A stretch of 64,000 nucleotides of DNA from Thermoanaerobaculia bacterium (lineage in GTDB: Bacteria; Acidobacteriota; Thermoanaerobaculia; Multivoradales; Multivoraceae): contig OY761158.1 in assembly GCA_963664405.1 (NCBI GenBank), positions 1,952,001 to 2,016,000 on the forward strand. The letters run 5' to 3'. Positions 30,490 through 40,825 of this stretch are shown piece after piece. Below the pieces are notes generated by a model that saw only the letters and a program-made list of their open reading frames with translations, was not told the DNA's origin and searched no databases. The position numbers and the translations under genes are program-made. Positions within the stretch are counted from its first letter, which is position 1. The number at the start of each line of letters is the position of its first letter.

Positions 30490-30960
30490 ATGGCGAAACT
30501 AGGCCCAGGTGTCCTGATCATGTGCACCGGCAACTCCTGCCGAAGCCAGATGGCCGAGGGCTATCTCCGCGAGCTCGGCGGCGATCGCTTCGACGTCTAT
30601 AGCGCCGGCACGGAGCCCGCCATGGCAATCAGCGCCTTCGCTTGCCAAGTCATGCTCGAAGACGGCGTCGATATCGCCGACCAACGACCGACGGACTATC
30701 GTGCCTATCTCGGGACTCCCTCCATCCGTTACGTGATCCTCGTCTGCGACGGGGCGGCGCAGACTTGTCCGACCTGGCCAGGGCCCGCTGAGCGCCTGGT
30801 CTGGCCCTTTGAAGATCCGGCGATGTTCCGAGGGTCTGACGCGGCGAAGCTCGAGAAGTTCCGCGAGATTCGTGATCAGATCAAGGCCAGACTCGTGGAG
30901 TGGCTCGAGGCGATAGGATCGGAGACACCAAAGACTTCTCACCTCGGAGACTCGTCATGA
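30490..30960 (+). CDS. arsC: Arsenate reductase, LMW-PTP (thioredoxin-coupled) type
   Basis: CTGNSCRSQMAEG P-loop, resolving cysteines LVCDGAAQTCP, WPFEDP. Confidence 0.85.
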   Translation: MAKLGPGVLIMCTGNSCRSQMAEGYLRELGGDRFDVYSAGTEPAMAISAFACQVMLEDGVDIADQRPTDYRAYLGTPSIRYVILVCDGAAQTCPTWPGPAERLVWPFEDPAMFRGSDAAKLEKFREIRDQIKARLVEWLEAIGSETPKTSHLGDSS

Positions 30961-32270
30961 AGAGAAACTCGTGGATCCAGCGCGCCGCAGCGCTGTCGGT
31001 ACCTGTCCTCCTTCTTATCGGCACTGCGCCAACGCTGGCGGCGGAAGCGGCGATCGATGTCGTCGACCTACCTTCCGCCTCGCCGGAGTCGGTCGGCATC
31101 TCGAGCGAGCGCCTCGAGCGCATCACCAAGGTGATGAACCGGGCGGTCGAAGACGGCAGGATGGCCGGCGGCATCGGCCTGATCGCACGCAAGGGGAAGG
31201 TCGCCTACTTCGAGACTTACGGTGATCAGGACCGCGAGAACAGGATCCCGATGAAGAAGGACGCGATCTTCCGCATCTACTCGATGTCGAAAGCGGTCAC
31301 CGGAGTCGCGGTAATGATTCTCTATGAGGAGGAGGGTTTCCCGCTCAGTACCCCGGTGAAGCGGTGGCTGCCCGAACTGGGCGACATGCAGGTGGCGGTC
31401 GACCGCACCGATCCCTCGAGCGGCCAGCGACTCTTCCGGCTAGAGCCGACCCATCGCGACATGACGGTGCGCGACCTACTGACCCACACTTCAGGCATCA
31501 GCTATCAGGGGCCGGTCAACGCCCGCGGTCAGCGCTATTACGAGCAGCTCGAGACGCGGGCGGGCGACGTCGACCTAGAAGAGTTCACCAAGCGCCTCGG
31601 CAAAGCACCGCTCCACAACCATCCCGGCACGGTGTGGCAGTACGGGCTGTCGATGGATGTGCTCGGGCGGTTGGTGGAGGTCATCTCGGGGAAGACTTTC
31701 GACGTCTTCCTCGAAGAGCGCATCTTCGAGCCCCTCGGCATGGTCGACACCGCCTTCTTCGTGCCCAGCGACAAGAAGGAGCGCCTCGCAGTTCTCTACT
31801 CTCCCGACAAGGAAGGAGCGATCAAGCGATCGACAGCGGCGCCCCAGGACTCCTACCACACCAAACCGTCGATCTTCTTGGGCGGAGCCGGTCTCGTGTC
31901 GACGACGACGGACTATCTCCGCCTCACCCAGATGCTGCTCAACGGTGGCGAGCTCGACGGCACCCGGATCCTTGGCCGCAAGACCGTGGAGCTGATGTCG
32001 TCAGACCATATCGGCGACATACCGCGGGTGGGGATGATCGCCGATCATGATGGCTTCGGCCTCACCTTCCGAGTGAATGGGAGCCCCGGCTTGAGCGGGG
32101 CCCTGGGCTCGGTCGGCGAGTACAGCTGGGGTGGCGCGGCCGGCACCCGCTTCTGGATCGATCCGGCCGAAGAGATGGTGGGTCTCTTCATGGTACAGAT
32201 CCTCCCGCATACGGGCATCACCCTCGGCACCGAGTTCAAGAATCTCGCCTACCAGGCGATCATCGACTAA
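30957..32270 (+). CDS. Secreted serine hydrolase, beta-lactamase class C-like
   Basis: FRIYSMSK (SxxK), LLTHTSG, HPGTVWQYG, WGGAAGTRFWIDP; ATGA overlap with arsC. Confidence 0.92.
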   Translation: MKRNSWIQRAAALSVPVLLLIGTAPTLAAEAAIDVVDLPSASPESVGISSERLERITKVMNRAVEDGRMAGGIGLIARKGKVAYFETYGDQDRENRIPMKKDAIFRIYSMSKAVTGVAVMILYEEEGFPLSTPVKRWLPELGDMQVAVDRTDPSSGQRLFRLEPTHRDMTVRDLLTHTSGISYQGPVNARGQRYYEQLETRAGDVDLEEFTKRLGKAPLHNHPGTVWQYGLSMDVLGRLVEVISGKTFDVFLEERIFEPLGMVDTAFFVPSDKKERLAVLYSPDKEGAIKRSTAAPQDSYHTKPSIFLGGAGLVSTTTDYLRLTQMLLNGGELDGTRILGRKTVELMSSDHIGDIPRVGMIADHDGFGLTFRVNGSPGLSGALGSVGEYSWGGAAGTRFWIDPAEEMVGLFMVQILPHTGITLGTEFKNLAYQAIID

Positions 32271-32475
32271 CAGTGCACGGCTAATCGGCACCACAAGCCC
32301 GAAATCGACCCGACTGGGGAACTTGCCCCCTCGGCAGCCGACTCTGCACTCCGCCGGGGATCTCAAGAGCGTCCATGAACCGCGACGACAGGCCTCCGTT
32401 TGGGACGCCTGGACGGAGTCCTTCCGTAGCGCTTGCCGGACGCGATCAAGGTGTGGTCTGTCTGTAGTGTCTAAT

Positions 32476-33468
32476 CTAGCCGATCGCCACCGGTGGTGGA
32501 AGATCCGCGTGTGTAGGAAGCAGAATGCCAGTGGGAACAAAAGCGTGCTCGGGAAACTCCGAGATGGCTTCGACTATCCCCAATCGAAGTCGCTGTGAGG
32601 CCCTTCGATAGGCGTCCAGCCAACTCTGCCAGTTCTTCACATATTCGACCCACACCGCCATCGTCGCGGCGTGAGCCTTGGGGCGGTTGCCCTTCTTTGT
32701 CTTTGCCGGCCGAAAGCAGAACTTGGATCGATCCATAATCCTCTTGCTATAGCCTTTGGCTACGGTAGCTCGAACCTCCGCGAACTCTTCTAGGAGCCCA
32801 TCGCAAAGCCCACAAGACTGCTTGGTGATCTCTTCCCGGTCGAGATCATCCCAGCACGGAGGTGGGGAGAGGTCGAGACAGACCCGTTCTTCGAATCTCT
32901 TCGGATTCGGCTTCTTGTGCCGGGTATGCTGCGCATCCCGACGTCGACGGTCATGAGCTCTCTCGACCTCATACAGCTCGGACCGGCGGACCCAGACACC
33001 CTCGAGCTTCATGTCCCCGGTCATCAGCGCTCGAGCCGAATGGACGCCTGGCCACTTCGCCGGGTGAGGGACGGCACCTTCCTTGAGGCCCTGGGACATC
33101 AGATAGCGAAGCCTGGCGATCTGGGCCTCTGACTCATGGCTCACGATCGTGATGTCGCAGTGGCTCTCGAAGATCCCGCCCGTCCAACCGCAGAGCCTCT
33201 GGACCTCCTTGGCGATTTGTGAATTGGCCAGACAGAAGAAGTTACTGACTTGCTTCGCGGAGTCCGCGCGAATCAGAAAGTGCGCATGATTGCTCATAAA
33301 GACGACGTAGCAGATCCTCATGCCGTACTTCTTCTGCGCGTACGCGAGAACGCCAATGATGAGCTCGTTGAGCCGCTTGGACGGAATGAAGAAGTACCTC
33401 CCCTGAAAGGTCTTGATCGTCACTTCGTACAGATTCCCCGGAAGAACGCAGCGTGGATGTCTTGGCAT
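32476..33468 (-). CDS. Y1 HUH transposase, REP-associated tyrosine transposase (RAYT)-like
   Basis: MPRHPR..PG.LYEVT start, VFMSNHAHFL (HUH), RLRYLMSQGLKEG.V..P.KWPGVHS (catalytic Tyr region), C-terminal EFP...F.P. Confidence 0.8.
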   Translation of the reverse strand: MPRHPRCVLPGNLYEVTIKTFQGRYFFIPSKRLNELIIGVLAYAQKKYGMRICYVVFMSNHAHFLIRADSAKQVSNFFCLANSQIAKEVQRLCGWTGGIFESHCDITIVSHESEAQIARLRYLMSQGLKEGAVPHPAKWPGVHSARALMTGDMKLEGVWVRRSELYEVERAHDRRRRDAQHTRHKKPNPKRFEERVCLDLSPPPCWDDLDREEITKQSCGLCDGLLEEFAEVRATVAKGYSKRIMDRSKFCFRPAKTKKGNRPKAHAATMAVWVEYVKNWQSWLDAYRRASQRLRLGIVEAISEFPEHAFVPTGILLPTHADLPPPVAIG

Positions 33469-33520
33469 ACTCTTACAAGACGCAAAACTCCCAGCTACCT
33501 TGCAGACTTGCCGATTTTCC

Positions 33521-33781
33521 CTGCACCATTGCTGCACCATTGCTCGGCATAGTGACCCCCGCCTGGCTCCTGCACCCCCAACCGCGACAGCTCGACGCCG
33601 CAGTCCCGAACAGCCATGCACCGACTCAACTTCACCGACTCAACTTGCCTGCCGAGTAGCCCTGCACCGAGAAGGAGAAGGAGAGAAGAAGGAGATCCGG
33701 GAAGGGAGCTCGGTGCAACCTCGGATGTGCCGAGTGGCTTAGCGGCGCCGCCGCGCCGAATAGCCATGCACCGAATCAACT
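33521..33781. repeat. TGCACC-rich repeat cluster upstream of the RAYT-like gene
   Basis: CTGCACCATTG twice (33521-33542); 26-bp direct repeat CCGAAYAGCCATGCACCGAMTCAACT at 33606 and 33756; inverted repeat TGCACCGAG/CTCGGTGCA at 33663/33709. Confidence 0.65.
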
Positions 33782-33793
33782 CCTCTCCGAGAG

Positions 33794-34270
33794 CTACGCG
33801 GTGGGCGCTGCTTCCAGGGCCTCGGCGAGGAGCTCGAGCGCGTGCTCCGTGAAGCACCACATATTGGCCTCACGACTTGTATCGCCAGTCTCAATCCTCA
33901 CAGTCCGTGAGACGGGGCCGTCGATGGCAATCACGCTCAACCCCGGCGGATCTCCGTAGGGCGACCCCGTCGGCCCCGCGATTCCCAGCTCGCTGACTCC
34001 CCAAGTTGCGTGGAGTAAGGTGCGCACCCGCCGTGCGAAGTGCGCGGCAAGCTTCTCCCGATCTCCCATCAACTCGCGGAGCTCGTCACGATCTGTCTGG
34101 AGCAGCTGATACCTCGACCGGGCCGTATAGATGACGGTTCCACCCTTGAAGTAAGCCGACGCTCCGGGGACCGCGAGCAGCGTCGCTGCGATCAGTCCAC
34201 CGGTCGACGACTCCGCAACGGCAACGCTCTGTCCGACGGACTTCAGCCTCTGTCCGAGGTCGGAACCCAT
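33794..34270 (-). CDS. CinA C-terminal domain protein (PncC-like)
   Basis: VAVAESSTGGLIAA.L..VPGASAYF.GG, ELGIAGPTG; start may lie up to 34309. Confidence 0.85.
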   Translation of the reverse strand: MGSDLGQRLKSVGQSVAVAESSTGGLIAATLLAVPGASAYFKGGTVIYTARSRYQLLQTDRDELRELMGDREKLAAHFARRVRTLLHATWGVSELGIAGPTGSPYGDPPGLSVIAIDGPVSRTVRIETGDTSREANMWCFTEHALELLAEALEAAPTA

Positions 34271-34338
34271 CGCGAGTGAGCAACCATCAGACATATCCAT
34301 ATCGTACATAGTTCAGGGCCTGCATGCCTCGCGCTGGA

Positions 34339-34390
34339 TTGACAGCGTCGGGTTCACCTGCTAAATTTTCAGCATGCTAAATTTTCAGCA
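34339..34390 (+). promoter_or_regulatory. sigma70 promoter overlapped by tandem BlaI-type operators
   Basis: TTGACA-17 bp-TAAATT; TGCTAAATTTTCAGCA repeated twice (34359-34374, 34375-34390). Confidence 0.8.
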
Positions 34391-34401
34391 GGGGAGTCGC
34401 C

Positions 34402-34794
34402 ATGTCTGACCGGCGCGTGAGCGGCCTCAGCCGCCGTGAGCGCGAGATCATGGATATCGTTTTCCGACGCGGGCGGGCCGGCGTGCTCGAGGTGTTGGAA
34501 GACATGTCATCGCCACCGAGCTATTCAGCGGTCAGAGCCACGCTCCGGATCCTCGAAGACAAAGGTCACCTGAAGCACGAGCAGCAGGGTCAGCGCTATG
34601 TGTTCCTGAGCACAGTGCCGGTCGAGCGGGCGCGGGAGTCAGCTCTCGACCGCTTGGTGACCACCTACTTCGGAGGGTCACCCGAGCACGCGATCGTCGC
34701 ACTGCTCGATGTTTCGAAGGATGAACTAGACCCGGAGCGGCTCGCTCGAATCGAGCGGCGCATCGCGGACGCGAGAAAAGGAGAGCAGCAATGA
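34402..34794 (+). CDS. BlaI/MecI/CopY family repressor
   Basis: LSRREREIMDI, SYSAVRATLRILEDKG, RYVF, LVTTYFGGS. Confidence 0.93.
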   Translation: MSDRRVSGLSRREREIMDIVFRRGRAGVLEVLEDMSSPPSYSAVRATLRILEDKGHLKHEQQGQRYVFLSTVPVERARESALDRLVTTYFGGSPEHAIVALLDVSKDELDPERLARIERRIADARKGEQQ

Positions 34795-36404
34795 TGTGGG
34801 ATTCATCGATCGGCCTCGAGCTCGTTCTAAAGGTTCTTCTGCTTCCCGTCGCGACGTGCGCAATCGCACTACTCTCCCGTCGCCGCTCGGCTTCGGTCCA
34901 GCACTTGGCCCTGGCGGGAGGGCTGACGAGCCTGGTCGCGCTACCCCTTCTTGCGATGGTGATGCCAAACTGGGCTGTCAGCACGATCCCCGGCGCCCCC
35001 GACACCCTGGCGCGCTGGTCGAGCATCGACACCGCCATTGAGGGGCTGTCCGCAACGAGTCAAGGCGGCGCGACCCTCGGCTCGGGTGGGCTCGTCGGAT
35101 CTGTCGAAGTCGCTTGGATCGTCTGGTTCCTCGGGACCTTGGTCGTATCTCTGCGGTGGCTCGCCTCACATCTGCGCGGCCGACGCATTCTGCGAGAGAC
35201 CGATGTCGAGCAGTCACCGCAATTGCTCTTCGCGCTCCGCAAGATCTCGCGTCGGCTCGGTCTCCGTCGAGCTGTCGTCCTACTTCGCGGCGGCCCACAG
35301 CAGATGTCCTTCACCGTCGGTTCCGTCAGGCCGCGAATCGTCCTGCCCTCGAGCGCACAGGAGTGGCCGATCGAGCGCCTCGAGATGGTGCTCGCCCATG
35401 AGCTCTCACACGTCCTCAGACTCGACTCCCTCTCTCAGAATGTGGCGGCTATCGCGTCGGCGCTCTACTGGTTCCATCCATTAGTGTGGTGGATGGCGCA
35501 TCGCATGCGCGCGGTCGCGGAATGTGCAGCGGATGACGCCGTCCTCGCCGGCGGAGCCTCGCCACCCGACTATGCTGAGGAGCTCGTTCTGCTGGCGAGA
35601 AAGTATCGCGCAACTGCCCCGGGGAGCCCTGCCGTGCTAGGTGGCCCCTTCGAGAAGAGGATTGAGGCGCTTCTGGCTGAGAATCGTCATCGGGTCTCGC
35701 TCGGTTGCCAGAAGTCAGCTCTGGCCCTCGGCGCAGCACTCATGGCGACAATGGCGGTGTCGGCCTGCTCGAGCACAGAGGCGTCGCCAGCCGCCGAGAG
35801 TCGCGAGACCGCGCAAACAGAAACGACATTCGAATCGCAGGCAGCCACTACGTCTGGACGCCAGATCCTCTTCGACACGGTGATCGTCGAGACCCGAGAC
35901 GAGCTCGTCAACTGGGAAGCACTCGGAAGTGCGGCGCGAGGAGAGAATCTGAGCCTCCTCTCCATCGGCAACGACTTGCAGAGCCTGGAAGCTCGCCTAC
36001 GCCAGGGCGAGAACGAGGGCAGGCTCACGATTCTCTCCTCTCCCAAGATGCTGACGGTCGACGGAGAGCGCGCCTCAGCTCAGAGCGGTCTCCAGGTCCC
36101 GGTGCAGACGAAATCGGAAGGGAGGATCTCGACCCAGTTCGTCAACGCCACTCTGCGGCTCGACATGACGCCTAGGATCGTCGAGGACGACATCGTCGAG
36201 GTCCACCTGTCGCTACAGAAGCGAATCCCGCGGCTGGAGCTGGCCGAAGGCGGCGCTAATGCGCCGATCGCCACCACCGAGGCGAGCTCGGCCTTCCGAG
36301 TCCGACTCGGAGGTACCGTCGCCATCGCCGGTATGCGCGCCTCCGGGCAGGAAGGAAGTCCGGATCTGATCGCCTTTGTAACCGTTCGGGAGATTCGTCT
36401 CTAG
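34791..36404 (+). CDS. BlaR1-type M56 metallopeptidase fused to a secretin-like C-terminal domain
   Basis: VLAHELSHV.R.D, YWFHPLVW, ECAADD; C-terminal ILSSPKMLTVDGERA..SGLQVPV..FVNATLRLDMTPRI. Confidence 0.85.
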   Translation: MMWDSSIGLELVLKVLLLPVATCAIALLSRRRSASVQHLALAGGLTSLVALPLLAMVMPNWAVSTIPGAPDTLARWSSIDTAIEGLSATSQGGATLGSGGLVGSVEVAWIVWFLGTLVVSLRWLASHLRGRRILRETDVEQSPQLLFALRKISRRLGLRRAVVLLRGGPQQMSFTVGSVRPRIVLPSSAQEWPIERLEMVLAHELSHVLRLDSLSQNVAAIASALYWFHPLVWWMAHRMRAVAECAADDAVLAGGASPPDYAEELVLLARKYRATAPGSPAVLGGPFEKRIEALLAENRHRVSLGCQKSALALGAALMATMAVSACSSTEASPAAESRETAQTETTFESQAATTSGRQILFDTVIVETRDELVNWEALGSAARGENLSLLSIGNDLQSLEARLRQGENEGRLTILSSPKMLTVDGERASAQSGLQVPVQTKSEGRISTQFVNATLRLDMTPRIVEDDIVEVHLSLQKRIPRLELAEGGANAPIATTEASSAFRVRLGGTVAIAGMRASGQEGSPDLIAFVTVREIRL

Positions 36405-36430
36405 CTATAGCTAGGCTAGCTATAGCTAGG
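36401..36430. repeat. Tandem duplicate of the perfect palindrome CTAGCTATAGCTAG
   Basis: CTAGCTATAGCTAG-G-CTAGCTATAGCTAG-G between convergent stop codons. Confidence 0.85.
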
Positions 36431-36446
36431 GTCGTGTCTCACAAAC

Positions 36447-38396
36447 CTACATCGGGGGCACGAACCAGATCGGCGAGGTGAAGGCCCGCTCCTGAATCGT
36501 CGTCTGCAGGTCCGGCCGAGGCTCGACGCCGGCCCGGATCGCGTCCCAGGTCGACCAACGGCAGACCGGATTCTCGAGCACACGCACGTAGTAGAAGGCG
36601 CGCTGCGTTGGGTCGAACTCCGGGTCGGTCCAGAGCGTTTCGAGCTCTGAAGCGCCGAGGTCCGACGAGATGCTGCAGTCGCTGAGATCGACCGCCGCAC
36701 CGTTGTCGGGGCAGCGGTGAGTCTGCGCATCGGGCTCCAGGCCGTCTGAACAGGCGACGTCGAAGATGCGGTCGTGGGCCGCACCCTCCTCGACCCACCC
36801 CTTGATGACCTGCACCCGCTGCAGCGGCGCCGAGTCCGCGTCGCGAGCGGCCCAGACCAGGAAGCGCGGCGCCCGCTCACCGTCGGCGGCGAGATCGGCC
36901 CCCATCGGGACGCCGCCTTCGTAGGCCTTTGCGACCATGTCGCGATCGGAGGCGAGACCGTCGGGGTAGTCGTAACCGGCGAAGAAGCGCACCCGCATTC
37001 GCGGCCCGGTGGTCGCGAAGGTCTCCTTGCGCCGCATCGCGTCGTAGATCGACTCGCGAGTGTTCTCCTCGGCCCAGACGACAGCGAGACCGGAGGCGCC
37101 GAAGAAGCGAAGTGCCGAGTCCGTGTACACGTTGCCCTGCGCGTCGGGCTCGTCGAGAGGCACCGAGCCGCGCCGCTGCGGCGTGCCGTCGTTGATGCCG
37201 ACCTTGGAGTGAAAATTGTCCTCCTCGGGCGTCGGTCCGGCATTGTGAGTGTCGCTCGAGCCGATGAGGCCGAAGTGAAACGGATTGAAGCCCTGTTCCT
37301 CCTCGAGCAGGAGGCCGTTCATATAAGCCTCGCGAACATAGCCGTGCTTGGGCTCACTATAGAGATCGGTGCCGATGCGGTTGGGGTAGATCTCGAAGTC
37401 GGCCCACTCGTCGTTCGGAAAAAGGAGAGGATGGACCTCGGATGTGCCCTTGACCTGAGTCACTTCCACAATGGGCTCATTTCGCATCCGCAACTCGGCG
37501 TAGGCCGCGTCGAAGGGCTCTTCGCCAACCGTCTCGAGCTGGAACATGTGCCCATTCGAGCCGTTCGAGTTGTGGGGGATTGCGAGACCCTCGATACCCT
37601 GTTCGCGAAGGCCGTCGAGCCAACGCCAGAGGTCCTCTGGGTTTCTCGAGTCGGTCGATGCAAAGGGAGCCTCCGGAACCGCGCTCGAGCGAAAGATGAC
37701 GTTGCGGTGGAGGTTCCCCCGGTCCGCTGCCGAGGTCGTGTACTCGTAGCCGATCAGGGTCGTGAAGCGGCCGGGGTCGTTGTGCTGCTCTGCAGCCTCG
37801 ATGATGTCGCGCCAGGCCGCGAGCTTGGCGGAATGGATGGCGTCGGCACCCAACGCCGCGATCTCACCGCTTCTGAGTGCCTCTATCGAACGAGTGTAGC
37901 CGCCCGTATCCAGGTCTCGTAGCTCTTTGGCGAGGGGCGTTTCGCTGAGCGGGTTCTCGGGATCGTCCAAGGCGGGGAAGGTACCGAGGTAGAGACCATG
38001 GTCGGTGACCCCCATGAAGTCGAGAGGCCCGCTCTGGAGCTGAAGCGTGTGGCCACTGGGGTGGGCGACCGCTTCACCCTTGGCGTAGCGATAAGCGTCG
38101 TCGGGAGAGGCGCGGACTTTGAACATATAGGCGTCGAAAGAGTGGCGGGTGTGGACGTGAAGATCGCCGAAGTAAGCGTTGCGCAGAGAATTCGGCCCCG
38201 ATCCCTCTGAGAGGGCAGACGGGGACGAGCTCGCACCTTCCGGCTGGCGAACTTCCGTGCTCAGAGGAACAGGCGAGGGTCAAGGCAAAGATCGCCGCAG
38301 CAACACCAGGTGCAGGGGTATTCGGCGGCAGAAGTGCTCCGCCAGGTGCAGGGGTATTCGGCAGAAGAGAAGTGCCCCGGTCTTCCGATGCTTCAT
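36447..38396 (-). CDS. DUF3604 family protein (putative lipoprotein metallohydrolase); N-terminal region disrupted
   Basis: RNAYFGDLHVHT..SFDAY upstream of the called ORF; LDFMGVTDH, NLHRNVIFR, IPHNSNGSNG, GSSDTHN, IQERAFTSPIW; in-frame TGA at 38280-38282, lipobox IFALTLAC in another frame. Confidence 0.85.
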
Positions 38397-38401
38397 CGAC
38401 G

Positions 38402-39463
38402 TCACTCCCTCTCAAATACTTCCGCGACCGCGATGCCGCTTTCACCGGCAACGGCATAAAAGAGATAGACACGCCCCTCGTCCTCCAGAATCGCCGGGTC
38501 GCGAAGCTGATTCACATGCCCGTAGGCGGTGCTCCGCATCGACGGCTCGACCGGAGCGTCGGCGCCCTCCCAGTCGTATTCCGGCCTCAAGACCTCGACG
38601 TACTCGGTCTCCTTCCAATCGAGCCAGTCGCCGGAAAGGTCGATGCTGCTCAAACGAATGACCTCCGGGGCGGTACCGGCCTCGGTCCAGAACACCCACA
38701 ACCTATGGCCGCGCTTCAACAGCGCCGAGTGGCGCATGTTTGGGTTGAAGAGCATCGCGCCCTCTTCGAAATCGGTGAAGCCGTCTTTCGACCGGTAGAG
38801 CTGGCCTGGCATGGCCAAGGCATAGGTCATCTCGTCGTGATGAAAAATTCGCATGTAGGTGCGGCCAAGCACCTGCGGCTGCGCCGTGAAATCAATCCCG
38901 TTCTTCGAAGTGGCGACTCGAGATTTTTGAATCCCGACGCCGTCCAAGCCATGGAGATACATCACGATCTGGCGCCGGGCGAAGTCGACGTGAACGTCGG
39001 GCGAGGCTATGTGCGGCGTGGAGATCTCTTTGAGCATGTCGTGAGAGGCCTTCACACCCTTTCCGCTACTCGCGGCCTCCCTCTCGGCCACCATTTCCGG
39101 GGTGATCTCCGGTGGCTCGGTCAAGAAGCCCGAGTCTTCGATCTGCAAACTCCCCGGCGGGTGAATCGACCACGGGCCTGTAACTTTGTCTGCATAAGCC
39201 AATCTGATGTAGCGCCCTTTGTGATCGGCAAAGTAGAGGTAGTAGTTACCGAGTCGTCCCTCGATCCAGTCGGGAACTCGGATCACTGACGGGCCTTGAA
39301 TGTTCTGACCGATCGAAGGGTGAAGATCGGGCCCGACGATCGGTCGATCCAACAGCCGCTTGATGCGCACAGGTGACTCCCCAGCGGAAACAGTGGAGGT
39401 GATGCCGATCAGCACGATCGACGCGGCCAAGACAACCACAAGACCCTTCTTTCTCTCTCTCAT
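38402..39463 (-). CDS. Secreted hypothetical protein, putative beta-propeller glycoside hydrolase-like; paralog of 59890-60873
   Basis: GPSVIRVPDW..YYLYFADHKG.YIRLAYAD, HIASPDVHV, VNQLRDPAI, YAVAGE.GIA. Confidence 0.7.
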   Translation of the reverse strand: MRERKKGLVVVLAASIVLIGITSTVSAGESPVRIKRLLDRPIVGPDLHPSIGQNIQGPSVIRVPDWIEGRLGNYYLYFADHKGRYIRLAYADKVTGPWSIHPPGSLQIEDSGFLTEPPEITPEMVAEREAASSGKGVKASHDMLKEISTPHIASPDVHVDFARRQIVMYLHGLDGVGIQKSRVATSKNGIDFTAQPQVLGRTYMRIFHHDEMTYALAMPGQLYRSKDGFTDFEEGAMLFNPNMRHSALLKRGHRLWVFWTEAGTAPEVIRLSSIDLSGDWLDWKETEYVEVLRPEYDWEGADAPVEPSMRSTAYGHVNQLRDPAILEDEGRVYLFYAVAGESGIAVAEVFERE

Positions 39464-39484
39464 CGGCCTAGGGTAGCAGCTCAT

Positions 39485-39648
39485 CTAGACCAGCGTTTCC
39501 AAAGTTCGTGTACATAGCTCGAGGTCATTCTGTTTGCTGGCAAGGCGCACCGACGCAGGCATATTGGGAATATGTCGAGGAGACGGAACGCCGCCAGCGA
39601 GCAGAAGGGGCCGAGATCTGTGCGCGAACTTTGGAAACGCTGGTCTAG
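39485..39648 (+). mobile_element. Palindromic MITE copy 2 (164 bp)
   Basis: Same terminal inverted repeats and core as 6305-6471. Confidence 0.88.
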
Positions 39649-39699
39649 TCCATACACCGAGACAGCTTGTCGCGCAGGAACCTGGGCCAGGTCTCCTCC

Positions 39700-40809
39700 T
39701 CATGCCGCGGAACCGTCGCCCGCGTCCAGTTCCTGGTAGCGCGCAATGCCGACCCGCTTGCCGATGCGCTCGCGCGCTTCGGCGGTCGACTCGTCGAGAG
39801 GGATACCACTGGCGTCGGCAACGCGGACATTGCAGCTGAAGATCGCAACGATGCCGGCTGCATCAACAAGCGCCTCGGAACCAAGGGCCACCGACAGCTG
39901 GTCACGGACTGCGTCGAGCTCTTGGTCCGATCCAACCACGACAGCATCCGCAAAGCGCGCCAGTAGCCGCCCCTGAGGAACCCCGCCGTCGCCCTCGCCT
40001 TCGCCGGTCACCAGATCCAGGTCGGTCTTCGTCTCGCTCTCGTAGCCGCTCGCACGGAGCAGCGCGCTATGCGCTGTGGTTCAGTAAAAGCAGTCGTTGA
40101 GGTACGAGACTCGCGCGGCAAGCAGCTCGATCTGGGTGCGCGTCAACTGTCGACCCGAGTCGACATCCGGGCGCGCCACGATGTCGAAGGGGAGGTAGTA
40201 GGCCTGCTCGATGCGATCGAGGTTGTGCACCTCGTCCGGCACCAGACTCAAGGCCTGGCGCACATAGGGGACGTGGCTGTGGCCCCCATAAACCTCGCGC
40301 AAGCCGTCCTCGGGAGAAACCAGGGGCACCCAGGCGACATCGCGCCGCGCGTCGGCTGGCCGACGGCGGCTGGGCTCACCGGGCGACGGCGACGGGAGTT
40401 CTGCTACCGGCAGGTCGAGCGCGCGATGGAAGGTGTCGGTCGAGACCGTGGTGATGACCACGCCGATCAGCTCCACATAGCGCTCGTCTTCCAGACCTTC
40501 GGCGCGCAGCGAGTCGAGCCAGCTCTCGGTCAGCCGGCCCGGATCGGTGACGATACGGTGCACCGCGTCGACGTAGACTTCGGCGAGGGGGCCTGAGCCC
40601 GAGTGACGCCCAGGAACGCCGTAGGGAGAGAGAGCGGCCTTTCTCTTCCGGCACAGCTCACAGGAGTGGGCCTTTCGGCATTCCGACGCGATCGCGAGGC
40701 GCTCTTGCGCGGTCCACCAGGTGCCGGCGGTACCAAGCCGTTCCCAGGCCTCATTCTGCGCTTGGAGAAGGTCCGGACGGATCGGTATCTGGTCGCCCTG
40801 GTAGTTCAA
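39700..40809 (-). CDS. AhpD-like alkylhydroperoxidase-related selenoprotein (CFYU; Sec at TGA 40081-40083)
   Basis: ORFs 40081-40890 and 39700-40011 are in frame with no other stop; readthrough gives ELLAARVSYLNDCFY-U-TTAH, the AhpD core; hairpin downstream; likely TTG start after AAGGAG. Confidence 0.85.
40045..40063 (-). promoter_or_regulatory. Putative bacterial SECIS element
   Basis: 17 nt after UGA: GCUGCUC-CGUGC-GAGCGGC (7-bp stem with one G-U pair). Confidence 0.7.
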
Positions 40810-40825
40810 ACGTCCCGCGACTCCT

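Noticed and set aside
30490-30960. Arsenic resistance island
   Set aside because: Lone arsC with no arsR, arsB or acr3; coupled to a serine hydrolase instead
38280-38282. Third in-frame TGA (DUF3604 N-terminus) as selenocysteine
   Set aside because: No Cys-type motif and no 17/7/5 hairpin; a good lipobox lies in another frame, so compensating indels near the 36-bp-spaced duplication (38306-38362) are more likely
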